NCBI GenBank assembly: GCA_963727695.1
Contig: CAVSHW010000057.1
Coordinates: 6,934 to 70,933, forward strand
Source: an uncultured Methylomirabilota bacterium
GTDB taxonomy: Bacteria > Methylomirabilota > Methylomirabilia > Methylomirabilales > 2-02-FULL-66-22
DNA length: 64,000 bases
Direction: 5' to 3'
The notes below the pieces were generated by a model. The model was given only the letters and a program-made list of their open reading frames with translations, had not been told where the DNA came from and searched no databases. Position 1 is the stretch's first letter. The number at the start of each line of letters is the position of its first letter. A program made the translations under genes and the position numbers. Shown one piece after another: positions 17,539-28,205 of the stretch.

Positions 17539-19128
17539 ATGCCGCTGCGAGTCCACAATACGCTCACGCGCACACTCGAGCCGTTCGAGTCGCTCAGGCC
17601 GGGCGAGGTCCGGATGTACGCCTGCGGGGTCACGGTGTACGACCTTTGCCACATTGGGCACGCTCGCTCCACGCTGGTTTTCGACGTGATCCGCCGCTAC
17701 CTGGAGTACGCCGGCTACCGGGTCCTGTTGGTCCGCAACTTCACCGATGTGGACGACAAGATCATCGCACGGGCGCGGGAGCGGGGAGTCGCCTGGGATG
17801 CGCTGGCAGAGGAGTTCATCGCCGCCTTCTACGCCGATATGGACGCCCTGGGCATCCGGCGGGCGGACGTGGAACCGAAGGCCACCGACCACATCCCCGA
17901 GATGGTCGCCATCATCGCCCGTCTCGTGGATCGCGGGATGGCCTATGCCGTGGACGGTGATGTCTATTTCGCCGTCCGCGATTTTCCCGGATACGGGAAG
18001 CTCTCGCATCGCAGCCCGGACGACCTCCACTCCGGGGCCCGCATCGAGGTGGACGAGCGCAAACACGACCCCCTGGACTTCGCCCTCTGGAAGGCCTCGC
18101 GGCCCGGCGAGCCGGTCTGGGAGAGCCCGTGGGGACCGGGCCGGCCGGGCTGGCACATCGAGTGTTCGGCCATGGCCGCCAAGTACCTGGGCGATTCCTT
18201 CGACATCCATGCCGGCGGTGAAGACCTGATCTTCCCTCACCACGAGAACGAGATCGCCCAATCCGAGGGAGCCTCCGGCGCCCCCATGGCGCGCTACTGG
18301 TTGCACAACGGCTTCGTGACCGTGGGCGGGGAGAAGATGGCCAAGTCGGTGGGAAACTTCGTCACGATCCGAGACGCCCTCAAGCGCTTCCCCGCGGACG
18401 CCCTGAAGCTCTTGCTCCTCTCGACCAACTACCGGGGGCCGCTGGACTACACCGAATCGGCGATGACGGAGAAGGTGAAGGCGCTTCAGAGTCTTCAGGA
18501 GTTTCTCAGGGGGGTGGAGATCCTTCGGGCCGAGGCGGGCCGGAATCCCCGGCCGGCCGAGATCTCTGCGGGGGGGCCGACCGACCATCCCGCCGATCTC
18601 GCCTTCCGCGCCGCCATGGACGACGACTTCAACACGGCCAGGGCTACAGGGGTGCTCTTCGATCTGGTGCGGGACGGCAACCGGTTGCTCCAGGAGGCCC
18701 GACAATCGTCGCCGACATCGAACGCGACGGTCGCCGCCCTGGAAGAAACCGCCGGGCTGCTGCGCCGCCTGGGATCGATCCTGGCGCTCGATCTCGCCGA
18801 GGCGGCCGTGGACGTGTCCGCGGCCGCCGCCGTGGGCCTCACGCGTCCGGTTGAAGCGGCGGCGGAGGAACTCCGGCGGCTGTTGGCGGCCGAGCCGCCC
18901 TATCGAGACGATCTCCGCGCGCAACTGACGGACGTGGTGCGCGAGCTCCTGGCCCTCCGGGAAGCGGCGCGTAAGCGGAGGGCCTGGGCCGAGGCGGACG
19001 AGATCCGACAGACGCTGACCGCCTCCGCTATCCGGGTGGATGACACGCGGACCGCCTGCCACGCGACCTCGGAGTTTTCCCAGGAGCGCGGGCTTCCGGC
19101 CGTCAGCGTGAGCTTGGTCAAGGAATGA
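17539..19128 (+). CDS. cysS: cysteine--tRNA ligase
   Basis: ATG 17539 inside the artefactual 723-aa [23 protein letters not shown] motif [27 protein letters not shown], and KMAKS (KMSKS). Confidence 0.93.
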   Translation: MPLRVHNTLTRTLEPFESLRPGEVRMYACGVTVYDLCHIGHARSTLVFDVIRRYLEYAGYRVLLVRNFTDVDDKIIARARERGVAWDALAEEFIAAFYADMDALGIRRADVEPKATDHIPEMVAIIARLVDRGMAYAVDGDVYFAVRDFPGYGKLSHRSPDDLHSGARIEVDERKHDPLDFALWKASRPGEPVWESPWGPGRPGWHIECSAMAAKYLGDSFDIHAGGEDLIFPHHENEIAQSEGASGAPMARYWLHNGFVTVGGEKMAKSVGNFVTIRDALKRFPADALKLLLLSTNYRGPLDYTESAMTEKVKALQSLQEFLRGVEILRAEAGRNPRPAEISAGGPTDHPADLAFRAAMDDDFNTARATGVLFDLVRDGNRLLQEARQSSPTSNATVAALEETAGLLRRLGSILALDLAEAAVDVSAAAAVGLTRPVEAAAEELRRLLAAEPPYRDDLRAQLTDVVRELLALREAARKRRAWAEADEIRQTLTASAIRVDDTRTACHATSEFSQERGLPAVSVSLVKE

Positions 19129-19904
19129 ACAGCCGCCGGGATCGTGGGACGGAAGCCGCGGTGGAGATCGTGATGGGGCCGCACGCCGCCCTGGAGACGC
19201 TCCGGGCCGGCAAGCGGGCGGCCCATCGTCTCTTCCTGGCTCGCGAGGAGCGGGGCGGGGTCATCGAGGAGATCCTCACGCTGGCCCGGGCGCGCCACCT
19301 GCCGATTGAATTGCGTCCACGGCCCGAGCTGGATCGGCAGGTGCGCGGGACGACGCACCAGGGCGTTCTACTCGAAGTGGGACCGTTCCCGTACGCGGAC
19401 GCGGAGATACTGGTGGCCGAGATGCAGCGGGGGGCCGAGCCGGGGTTCCTGCTCGTGCTGGACGGGGTCCAGGATCCGCAGAATCTCGGGGCGATCGTGC
19501 GGAGCGCGGACGCCGCGGGCGTCCAGGCATGTGTCCTGCCCCGGGACCGGGCGGCCGGCGTGAGCCCGGCGGTCGTGCGGGCCTCGGCCGGGGCCACGGA
19601 GCATCTGCCCATCGCCCGGGTCGCCAACCTGGCGACCTTCCTGGAGACGGCGAAGTCCCACGGCCTCTGGGTCGTGGGCACCGACGCCGCGGAGGGCCGC
19701 GACCTGTTCGCCACCGACCTCACCGGCCCCATCGCCCTGGTCATCGGCGGCGAGGAGCGGGGGATGCGCGCCCTCACCAAGAGCCGCTGCGACCTCACCG
19801 TCCGGATCCCGGCCCGCGGCCGGGTGGCCTCCCTGAACGCCTCGGCCGCCGCCGCCGTGTGTCTCTTCGAAGTATCCCGCCAGCGCAGCCAGAAGGCCCG
19901 CTGA
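19125..19904 (+). CDS. rlmB: 23S rRNA (guanosine-2'-O)-methyltransferase RlmB / SpoU-TrmH family
   Basis: [34 protein letters not shown] and [16 protein letters not shown] motifs. The start overlaps the cysS stop. Confidence 0.85.
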   Translation: MNSRRDRGTEAAVEIVMGPHAALETLRAGKRAAHRLFLAREERGGVIEEILTLARARHLPIELRPRPELDRQVRGTTHQGVLLEVGPFPYADAEILVAEMQRGAEPGFLLVLDGVQDPQNLGAIVRSADAAGVQACVLPRDRAAGVSPAVVRASAGATEHLPIARVANLATFLETAKSHGLWVVGTDAAEGRDLFATDLTGPIALVIGGEERGMRALTKSRCDLTVRIPARGRVASLNASAAAAVCLFEVSRQRSQKAR

Positions 19905-20142
19905 ATCACCTCGCCTCTGAAGCACAGGCAGAAACGATGATCCCATACACCAAAACCCGCACAGCCCTCGACCGGAGCGCTGGGCGAATCCTGATGCCGG
20001 CCGGCTAGTTCCAGCGCAGAGCCTGCCCAATTCGTTGCCGTTGCTGGGGGTTTGTGGTACAACCATTCGCAAACGAAAAGGATGCCTTCCGTGACTGGAG
20101 TTTGCCATGCCGGATGATCGCGGGGGAGCCTAGAAAGGTTGA

Positions 20143-20177
20143 ACGCCGATCCCTGCGGCAAGGGTCGGCGTTTTTTG
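20143..20177 (+). terminator. strong intrinsic terminator about 240 nt downstream of rlmB
   Basis: ACGCCGATCCCT-GCGGCA-AGGGTCGGCGT forms an 11-bp GC-rich stem with one bulge, followed by TTTTTTGTGT. Confidence 0.75.
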
Positions 20178-20298
20178 TGTCCCGATATGCGGGTCCGTGA
20201 TGTAAGGTCGCGGGGGAATGGTAGGTCTGGACGGTGACCGTGCGGATGCCTGAAAGACAGGGTCCCCCTTGAGAAGTAGTCACCGAGGAATAATCTGA

Positions 20299-22791
20299 AT
20301 GCCGATCAAGAAGTCAGAACTTTATAGCTCGCTCTGGGCCAGTTGCGACGAATTGCGCGGCGGGATGGACGCCTCGCAGTACAAGGACTACGTCCTCGTC
20401 CTGCTGTTCATGAAGTACGTCTCCGACAAAGAGGCCGGCCAGAAGGACTACGCTGCTCGACGTGCCGAAGGGCGGCGAGCTTCGCCGACATGGTCGCGCT
20501 CAAGGGCGACAAGGACATCGGCGACAAGATCAACAAGATCATCGCCAGGCTCGCCGAGGCCAACGATCTGAAGGGCGTGATCGACGTGGCCGACTTCAAC
20601 GATGCCGACAAGCTCGGCAAGGGCAAGGAGATGGTGGACCGCCTCACCAACCTGGTCGCCATCTTCGAGAATCCGGCCTCGACTTCGGCGAGCAACCGCG
20701 CCGAGGGCGACGACCTGCTGGGCGACGCCTACGAATACCTCATGCGCCACTTCGCCACCGAGTCCGGCAAGAGCAAGGGGCAGTTCTACACCCCGGCGGA
20801 AGTCTAGCCGCGTCATGGCGCAAGGTCATCGGCATCGGCAGCGCCGACGAGCGCCAGCACAGACCGTCTACGACCCGACCTGCGGCTCCGGCTCGCTGCT
20901 CCTGAAGGTCGCACGACGAGGCCAAGGGCGCGACGGGCGTACGATCTGACGCTCTACGGGCAGGAAAAGGACAACGCCACCGCCGGCGCTCGCCCGCATG
21001 AACATGATCCTGCACGACTGACGCCACGGCCGAGATCAAGCAGGGCAACACGCTCGCCAGCCCGCTTTTCAAGGACGCCGGACGGCGCGCTCAAGACATT
21101 CGACTACGTCGTCGCCAATCCGCCGTTCTGCGACCAAAGCGCTGGAGCACCGGCCTCGATCCCGAGCAACGACGCTTTCGAGCGCTTCGCAGTACGGCGT
21201 CCCGCCCGAGAAGAAGGGCGACTACGCCTTCCTGCTGCACATCCTCGCGCTCGCTCAAGAGCACCGGCAAAGGCGCCGTGCATCCTCCCGCACGGCGTCC
21301 TGTTCCGGGGCAACGCCGAGGCCGCCATCCGCAAGCAACATCGTCCAGCGCGGCTACATCAAGGGCATCATCGGCCTGCCGGCGAACCTCTTCTACGGCA
21401 CGGGCATCCCCGCCTGCATCATCGTGCTCGACAAGGAAAACGCGCACGCCCGCAAGGGCATCTTCATGATCGACGCCTCCAAGGGCTTCATCAAGGACGG
21501 CAACAAGAACCGCCTCCGCGCCCAGGACATCCACAAGATCGTGGACACCTTCACCCGCCAGGTCCGAAATCCCCGCGCTACTCGCGCATGGTGCCGCTGG
21601 CCGAGATCAGCGACCCGAAGAACGACTACAACCTCAACCTCCCGCGCTACATTGACAGCACCGAGCCGGAGGACTTGCAGGACATCGACGCCCACCTGCG
21701 CGGCGGCATCCCGAACCGCGACATCGATGCGCTCGACCGCTACTGGCAGGTCATCCCCGGCGTGCGCGCCGCGCTGTTCAAGAAGGCCGACCGCGCCGGC
21801 TACTCGCCAGCTCAAGCTCCCCATCGCCGACGTCAAGGCCGCCATCTTCGGCCACGCCGAGTTCACCGCCTTCAACGAATCCGTGACCAAGCTGTTCGCG
21901 AAATGGAAGAAGCCGCCAACACCCCGCGCCTGAAAGGCATCGCCAAGGGCGACAAGCCCAAGGCGCTCATCGAAACGCTCTCCGAGGATTTGCTGCGACA
22001 CCTTCGAGAAGGCCCCGCTGCTCGACGCCTACGACGTCTATCAGCACCTCATGGACTACTGGGCCGAGACCATGCAGGACGACTGTCTACATGATCGTGA
22101 GCGATGGCTGGCGCGAAGCCGCCAAGCCCCGGCTGATCGTCGAGGACAAGGACAAGAAGACGAAGGAGAAGCCCGACTTCACCGTCGGCAAGCAGAAGTA
22201 TCAAAGCCGAACTGATCCCGCCCGCGCTGATCATCGCCCGCTACTTCGCCGCCGAACAGGCCGCCATCGAGAAGCTGGAAGCCGAAGTCGCCGCCATCGA
22301 GCAGGAGATGGAAGAAATGGCCGAGGAACACGGCGGCGAGGAAGGCCTGCTGGCCGACGGCCAAGAACGACAAGGACAAGCTCACCAAGGCCTCGCGTCG
22401 CGGCGCGGCTGAAGGAGATCAAGGGCGACGCCGAAGCGGCCGACGAACGCAAGGTGCTGAAGGACTACCTCGCCCTCGATCGAAAAGGAAGCGGCCACCG
22501 GCGCGAAGGTCAAGCGACGCGCAGGAAGCGCTGATTGCCAAGGTCGCGGCAAAGTATGGCAAGCTGACCGAGGACGAAATCAAGACGCTGGTGGTGGACG
22601 ACAAATGGCTGGCCACACTCGCCGCCGCCGTGCAGGGCGAACTGGACCGCGTTTCGCAAACGCTCACCGGGCGCATCCGCCAACTGGCCGAACGCTACGC
22701 CACCCCGCTGCCGCAGCTCACCGACGAAGTCGCCGCGCTCGCCGCCCGCGTGGACGGACACCTCAAGAAGATGGGGGCGGTATGGAAGTGA
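20299..22791 (+). pseudogene. hsdM: Type I R-M DNA methyltransferase subunit HsdM, multiply frameshifted
   Basis: HsdM motifs are readable only by hopping between all three + frames. Examples: MPIKKSELYSSLWASCDELRGGMDASQYKDYVLVLLFMKYVSDK (from 20299), GQFYTPAEV followed by a stop at 20807, TVYDPTCGSGSLLLKVA, NPPF (~21117), LPANLFYGTGIPACIIVLDKENA, and the C-terminus VVDDKWLATLAAAVQGELDRV to stop 22791. My rough count is 15-25 frame breaks. Confidence 0.85.
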
Positions 22792-24058
22792 AGCCCGGCT
22801 ACAAGCAGACCGAGGTGGGCGTGATCCCGGAGGAGTGGGACGTGAAGCCACTTGGCGGATATTGCCCAAGCTTCAGGGTGGTATGCGTCTCGAGCAATCG
22901 CTCAAGGATCCAACGATCGGCGATGCCGATAGATTCATATCGCGCGACTACATGACGCGACGATGTTCATAATTCCGACGGCGAATCAGCCACGACCAAA
23001 TGCAACTGCGCGACGCCGATATTCATCGTTTGGCAGAGGTGATGTCTACTCGTTGCGATGCATGGTGCAACATTGGCAAGGTGGCTTTGTCGCAGCTGAT
23101 TCAGCGCTGCCATCGAACTCAATGCGATTGACTGAATTCGTCTGCAAGACAATGAGCTCGAACGCAGATGCGTTCATACGAACTCATTAGTTCGCTATCA
23201 GCCGATTGAATCAGGCTCGGCATCCAGCAACGGCAGTGCTGCAACGATCAACATCGTGATCAACAGCTTCGCGCTTTCACCTTCGCCGTTCCACCGCTTC
23301 CCGAACAACGCGCCATCGCGGAGGCGTTGAGCGATGTGGATGCGCTGATCGGCGCGCTGGACCGGCTCATCGCCAAGAAGCGCGACCTCAAACAGGCCGC
23401 CATGCAGCAACTCCTCACCGGCCAAACACGCCTCCCCGGCTTCCACGGCGAGTGGGAGGTGAAGCGGTTGGGAGATGTTGCCGATATTTCAACGGGCAGG
23501 ACGCCAAGACGAACGAGCGCTCGTACTGCGGATGGACTGCCAGTGGTTCGCATCGGTGAATCTACAGGCACCACGACAGACTACTCGAAGCCGTTCAACT
23601 ATTCATCACACCGAGACTGCCGAAACGCAATGCACAGCTGCATTCCAGCAAGGTGCACTTGCTGCTTGCTGAGCTCGGCGAACGACCGGAGGAAATCAGG
23701 TATCGTTGCGTTCCTCGATGTACGACGAAGCCTACGCTGGTGGCGACTTCGTGATCTTCAGACCAGTCGTGCCAGCGAACTCGAGTTCCTCTACTACCTG
23801 CTACTCATTCGATGCACGACGCGAATATCGGCGGATGCGCAAGCAAGGCGACGTAGTGGTTCGACATCAGCGACAAGAAACACTTGCAGCACTTGAATTA
23901 CCCCTTACCCGACACTCGCCGAACAAACCGCCATCGCCGAGGTGCTGTCGGACATGGACGCGGAGCTGGCGGCGCTGAAGCAGCGGCGCGACAAGACCCG
24001 CGCCCTCAAGCAGGGGATGATGCAGGAATTGCTGACCGGGAGGATTCGGCTGGTATGA
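22782..24058 (+). pseudogene. hsdS: Type I R-M specificity subunit HsdS, frameshifted
   Basis: ATG 22782 overlaps the hsdM stop. MEVKPGYKQTEVGVIPEEWDVKPLG start. Central conserved region PPLPEQRAIAEALSDVDALIGALDRLIAKKRDLKQAAMQQLLTGQTRLPGF. C-terminal EQTAIAEVLSDMDAELAALKQRRDKTRALKQGMMQELLTGRIRLV. The two lower-GC target-recognition regions are fragmented over several frames. Confidence 0.85.
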
Positions 24059-24102
24059 GCAAACCGGAACAGCATGGGGCATCGGGCGGCGGGCGGGGGG
24101 CC

Positions 24103-24165
24103 GATCGGACCGATCGGACCGATCGGTCTGATCGGACGGATCGGACTGATCGGACTGATCGAGTG
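24103..24165 (+). repeat. 9-bp tandem repeat GATCGGNNN x7 (codes DRT/DRS), block 1
   Basis: gatcggacc gatcggacc gatcggtct gatcggacg gatcggact gatcggact gatcgagtg. Confidence 0.9.
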
Positions 24166-24527
24166 AAAGACGCTGCCCGGCAGAAGGGTCTTCGCCCCAG
24201 CGGCGGCTACCGCACGCTGCGCTCGTTCCGGGTGACCACGGTCATCTACGATGCCACGGTGGCGTTCTGCGACCGTTTCGTGGGCAAGCGCTCGCGTACG
24301 TATGACCAGATGGTGCAGGCGGCGCGCAGTGGGCGGCAGAATATCGCCGAGGGCAGTCGTGCTTCGGCGACCTCAAGTCAGACCGAGCTGCGATTGGTGA
24401 ATGTGGCCCGGGCCAGCTTGGATGAGTTATTGCTCGACTACGAGGATTTCCTGCGACAGCGCGGCCTGCGGCAATGGGGAAAGACGATCCCCAGGCGCAG
24501 GCGGTTCGGGAGGTGGGGAAGTGGATT

Positions 24528-24597
24528 AATCGGATTGATCAGTCGGATCGGACCGATCGGACCGATCTGTCGGATCAGACTGATCGGACCGATTCGG
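24528..24597 (+). repeat. degenerate GATCGGNNN-type 9-bp repeat, block 2
   Basis: aatcggatt gatcagtcg gatcggacc gatcggacc gatctgtcg gatcagact gatcggacc gattcgg. Codes NRIDQSDRTDRTDLSDQTDRTDS. Confidence 0.85.
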
Positions 24598-24782
24598 AAG
24601 CTTACGCCGCATGGTTGACCAACGCCGACCCGGCTGTGGTGGCGAACGCGGTGCATCTGTCTGATCCACCAGGCAAATTACTGCTCGATCGGCTGATCGC
24701 CGGCCTGGAAAGTCAGTTCATCCAAGCAGGGCGGTTACAGCGAACGTTTGGCGGCCGCGAGGCATTGAGGAACGGCGGAAGC

Positions 24783-24830
24783 AGAATCAGACCGATCAGA
24801 CCGATCCGACCGATCGGTCGGATCAATCCG
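24783..24830 (+). repeat. degenerate 9-bp repeat, block 3
   Basis: agaatcagaccgatcagaccgatccgaccgatcggtcggatcaatccg. Codes QNQTDQTDPTDRSDQS in one frame. Confidence 0.8.
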
Positions 24831-24960
24831 AAAGACAACCCCGAACTGCCCGAGCTGCGGGAAGCCGATGGCCCTGCGCACTGCGCGCAAGGGCGCCCAT
24901 GCGGGTTCTCAGTTCTGGGGTTGCACCGGCTACCCGGAATGCAAGGGAACTCGGCGAGTG

Positions 24961-24994
24961 GATGGATCGGTCGGATCGGACCGATCGGACGGAT
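24961..24994 (+). repeat. degenerate 9-bp repeat, block 4
   Basis: gatggatcggtcggatcggaccgatcggacggat, lying at the 3' end of the Zn-ribbon gene. Confidence 0.8.
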
Positions 24995-25001
24995 GAGGGC
25001 C

Positions 25002-28000
25002 ATGAGCACTATTGGCCAGATCGAGAAGAAGACTCAGCGGCGCGTGGTGAAGCTGTTCCGCGAGACGCTGGGATATGATTATCTGGGCGACTGGGACCGA
25101 TCGCGAGGACAACCGCAACATCGAGCCGGACCTTGCTGCGGACCTTGCCTGAAGGACGAAAGGCCACTCCGATAGCGCTGATCGCCAAGGCGCTGTACGA
25201 GCTGGAGAAAGCCGCGGGCGATACCAGCAAGAGCCTCTACGACCGCAACCACGCCGTCTATGGCCTTCTGCGCTACGGTGTGAAGGTGCAAGCCGGATGT
25301 GGGCGAGAATATGGTCACCGTCTGGCTGGTGGACTGGAAGGAGCCGGAGAAGAATGACTTCGCCATCGCCGAGGAGGTGACCGTCGCCGGGGCGAACGCC
25401 AAGGCCAGCACCAAGCGTCCGGACATCGTGCTCTACGTCAACGGCATCGCGCTCGGGCGTCCTGGAACTGAAGCGCTCCACCGTGTCCGTGGCCGAGGGG
25501 ATCCGCCAGAATCTGGACAACCAGAAGAAGGAGTTCATCGAGCCGTTCTTCTCGACCATGCAGTGGGTGATGGCGGGCAACGACACCGAGGGCCTGCGCT
25601 ATGGCACGATCCAGACGCCGGAGAAGTATTACCTGACCTGGAAGGAAGACAGCCCCATCGAGAACCTGCTCGATCGGGCCCTGACGCAACTGTGCTCCAA
25701 GGCGCGCTTCCTGGAACTGATCCACGACTTCATCGTCTTCGACGCCGGGATCAAGAAGCTCTGCCGGCACAACCAGTATTTCGGCGTCCACGCCGCCCAG
25801 GCCTTCGTCCAGCGGCGCGAGGGCGGCATCATCTGGCACACCCAGGGCAGCGGCAAGAGCCTGATCATGGTCTGGCTGGCCAAGTGGATTCGAGAGCACG
25901 TGACCGATCCCCGCGTGCTCATCATGACCGACCGCACGGAACTGGACGAGCAGATCGAGAAGGTGTTCAAGGGCGTCAACGAGGACATCTACCGCACCAA
26001 CGAGCGGCGCGGATCTGATCGCCACAGCTCAATGCCACGAAGCCGTGGCTGCTCTGCTCGCTGATCCACAAGTTCGGCGGGAAGGACAGCGAGGACGAGG
26101 AGGGCGACGCGCGACGAGTTCATCGAGGAGATGAAGAAAGCCTTGCCGCCCGATTTCAAGGCCAAGGGCAACCTCTTCGTCTTCGTGGATGAGTGCCATC
26201 GCACGCAATCCGGCAAGCTGCACGAGGCGATGAAGGGCATCCTGCCCGAGGCGGTGTTCATCGGCTTCACCGGCACGCCGCTGCTGAAGGCCGACAAGCA
26301 GAAGAGCATCGAGATCTTCGGACGCTACATCCACACGTACAAGTTCGACGAGGCGGTGAGCGACAAGGTGGTGCTCGACCTGCGCTACGAGGCGCGGGAC
26401 ATCGACCAGAACATCACCTCGCAGGCGAAGATCGACCAGTGGTTCGAGGCCAAGACGAAGGGGCTGACCGACCTGGCCAAGGCCCAGCTCAAGCAGCGCT
26501 GGGGCACGATGCAGAAGGTGCTCTCGAGCCAGTCGCGACTGGAGAAGATCGTCGCCGACATCCTGATGGACATGGAGACGCGCGACCGGCTGGCAGAGCG
26601 GGCGCGGCAACGCCATGCTCGTCGCCGGGAGCATCTACGAGGCGTGCAAGTTCTACGAGCTGTTCGACAAGACCGACCTGCACGGCAAGTGCGCCATCGT
26701 GACGTCCTACGTGCCGTCAACGGCCGAGCATCAAAGGCGAGGAAACCGGCGAGGGGGACACCGAGAAGCTTGCAGAAATACGACATCTACCAGAAGATGC
26801 TGGCCGACTGGTTCAACGAGCCGCCGGAGACGGCGGTCAAGCAGGGTCGAGGAGTTCGAGAAGGCGGTGAAGAAGAAGTTCATCGAAGAACCGGGCCAGA
26901 TGAAGCTGCTGATCGTGGTGGACAAGCTCCTGACCGGCTTCGATGCGCCGCCTGCCACGTACCTGTACATCGACAAGCAGATGCGCGATCACGGACTGTT
27001 CCAGGCGATCTGCCGGGTGAACCGGCTGGACGGCGAGGACAAGGAATACGGCTACATCATCGACTACAAGGATCTGTTCAAGAGCCTGGAAGGGGCGGTC
27101 CACGACTACACCTCCGGGGCGTTCGATGGGTACGACAAGGAAGACGTGGCGGGGCTGCTTGAAGACCGGCTGGGCAAGGCAAGAGAACGGCTTGAGGAGG
27201 CGTTGGAGGCAGTCCGTGCCCTCTGCGAGCCGGTGGAAATGCCCAAAGATCAGGCGGCCTACCTGCGCTATTTCTGCATCGAAGGAATCCGGCAACGCCG
27301 AGAAGCTCAAGGCCAACGAGCCGCAACGCCTGTCGCTGTACAAGCTGACCGCTGCGCTGGTGCGGGCGTACGCCAACCTGGCCAGCGAGATGACCGAGGC
27401 CGGCTACAGCGCGGCCGAGGCGGAAGCGATCAAGGAAGAAGTGCACGCTCTTCGAGAACTTGCGCAACGAGGTGAAGCTGGCACAGCGGCGACGCCATCG
27501 ACCTGAAGCAGGTATGAGCCGGCGATGCGGCACCTGATCGATGCGTATATCCGGGCCGAGGAAAGCGAGAAGGTGTCCGCCTTCGACGATCTGTCGCTGG
27601 TGCAGCTCATCGTCGAGCGTGGCGGAGACGCGGTGGAGGCCTTGCCCGACGGCATTCGCAAGAACACGGATGCCACGGCGGAGACCATCGAGAACAACGT
27701 CCGCAGGCTGATCATCGACGAGTCGCCGATCAATCCGAAGTATTACGAGAAGATGTCCGAGTTACTGGATGCCCTGATCGCGCAGCGCAAGCAGGAGGCG
27801 CTGGATTACGCACGCGTATCTGGCAGAAGATCGTGGAACTGACGAGGATGGCAAAGAACGGAGCCGGGCGGGGAGGCTTACCCGAAAGCGGTGAACACGG
27901 CTGCCAGAGCGAGCGCTCTATGACAACCTCGACAAGGACGAGGCGCTGGCGCTGGAGGTGGATGAGGTGGTGCGGACCAGCAAGCAGGACGAGTGGCGGA

Positions 28001-28205
28001 GCAATCCATTCAAGATCAAGAGGGTGAAGCTGGCGATCAGGGAAGCGCTGCGGAAGGCGCGCACCCGAGATAGCAAAGGTACGGGATACGCCAGCCTCGG
28101 TTCGTTCAGGAAGAGCAGGCGGCCTATGCGGCCAAGGATGGCGAGCCGAGCGATCAACTGGTCGAGACGATCCTCGAACTCGTGAAGAACCAGAATGAGT
28201 ATTGA
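25002..28205 (+). pseudogene. hsdR: Type I restriction endonuclease subunit HsdR, multiply frameshifted
   Basis: MSTIGQIEKKTQRRVVKLFRETLGYDYLGDW N-terminus. Helicase motifs are spread over different frames: WHTQGSGKSL (motif I), FVFVDECHRTQ (DEAH-type), FIGFTGTPL, LLIVVDKLLTGFDAP, QAICRVNR. The C-terminus ...ILELVKNQNEY ends at stop 28203-28205. At least 12 frame breaks. Confidence 0.88.

Larger units (their letters stand above)
24055..24996 (+). pseudogene. four-helix-bundle protein + suffix domain + topoisomerase-type C4 Zn-ribbon, frameshifted
   Basis: ATG 24055 overlaps the hsdS stop. YRTLRSFRVTTVIYDATVAFCDRFV...RQNIAEGSRASATSSQTELRLVNVARASLDELLLDYEDFLRQRGLRQWGK resembles the '23S rRNA-intervening-sequence / four helix bundle' family. 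A suffix-like AAWL...ICLIHQANY/LLDRLIAGLESQF follows. Then CPSCGKPMALRTARKGAHAGSQFWGCTGYPECKG. At least 4 frame changes. Confidence 0.75.

Noticed and set aside
14902-19062. 1386-aa ORF on the minus strand spanning carD to cysS.
   Set aside because: It is antisense to five strongly conserved + strand genes. The translation is Arg/Pro/Gly-rich low-complexity with no recognisable motifs. Long stop-free antisense frames are expected at this GC content.
16957-19128. 723-aa + strand ORF that looks like an IspF-CysS fusion protein.
   Set aside because: The middle ~100 codons are out-of-frame IspF sequence. The true ispF C-terminus is in another frame and ends at 17503, and cysS has its own ATG at 17539. 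The fusion results from a 1-nt frameshift plus a chance open frame.
20005-20283. 92-aa minus-strand ORF in the rlmB-hsdM gap.
   Set aside because: It has no RBS or recognisable motifs. It runs through the + strand terminator hairpin and is most likely spurious.
22963-23190. Small ORFs on both strands (22963..23190 +, 22967..23152 -) in a lower-GC patch.
   Set aside because: They lie inside the first target-recognition domain of the frameshifted hsdS. The lower GC and fragmentation are explained by that.
24103-24165. The peptide repeat 'DRT' coincides with the acronym for defence-associated reverse transcriptases.
   Set aside because: This is a pure letter coincidence. No reverse-transcriptase motifs (for example YxDD) occur in the island.
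24103-24994. Short repeated units that could suggest a CRISPR array.
   Set aside because: The units are contiguous 9-bp tandem repeats with no spacers. They are in-frame inside a coding region, and no cas genes are nearby.
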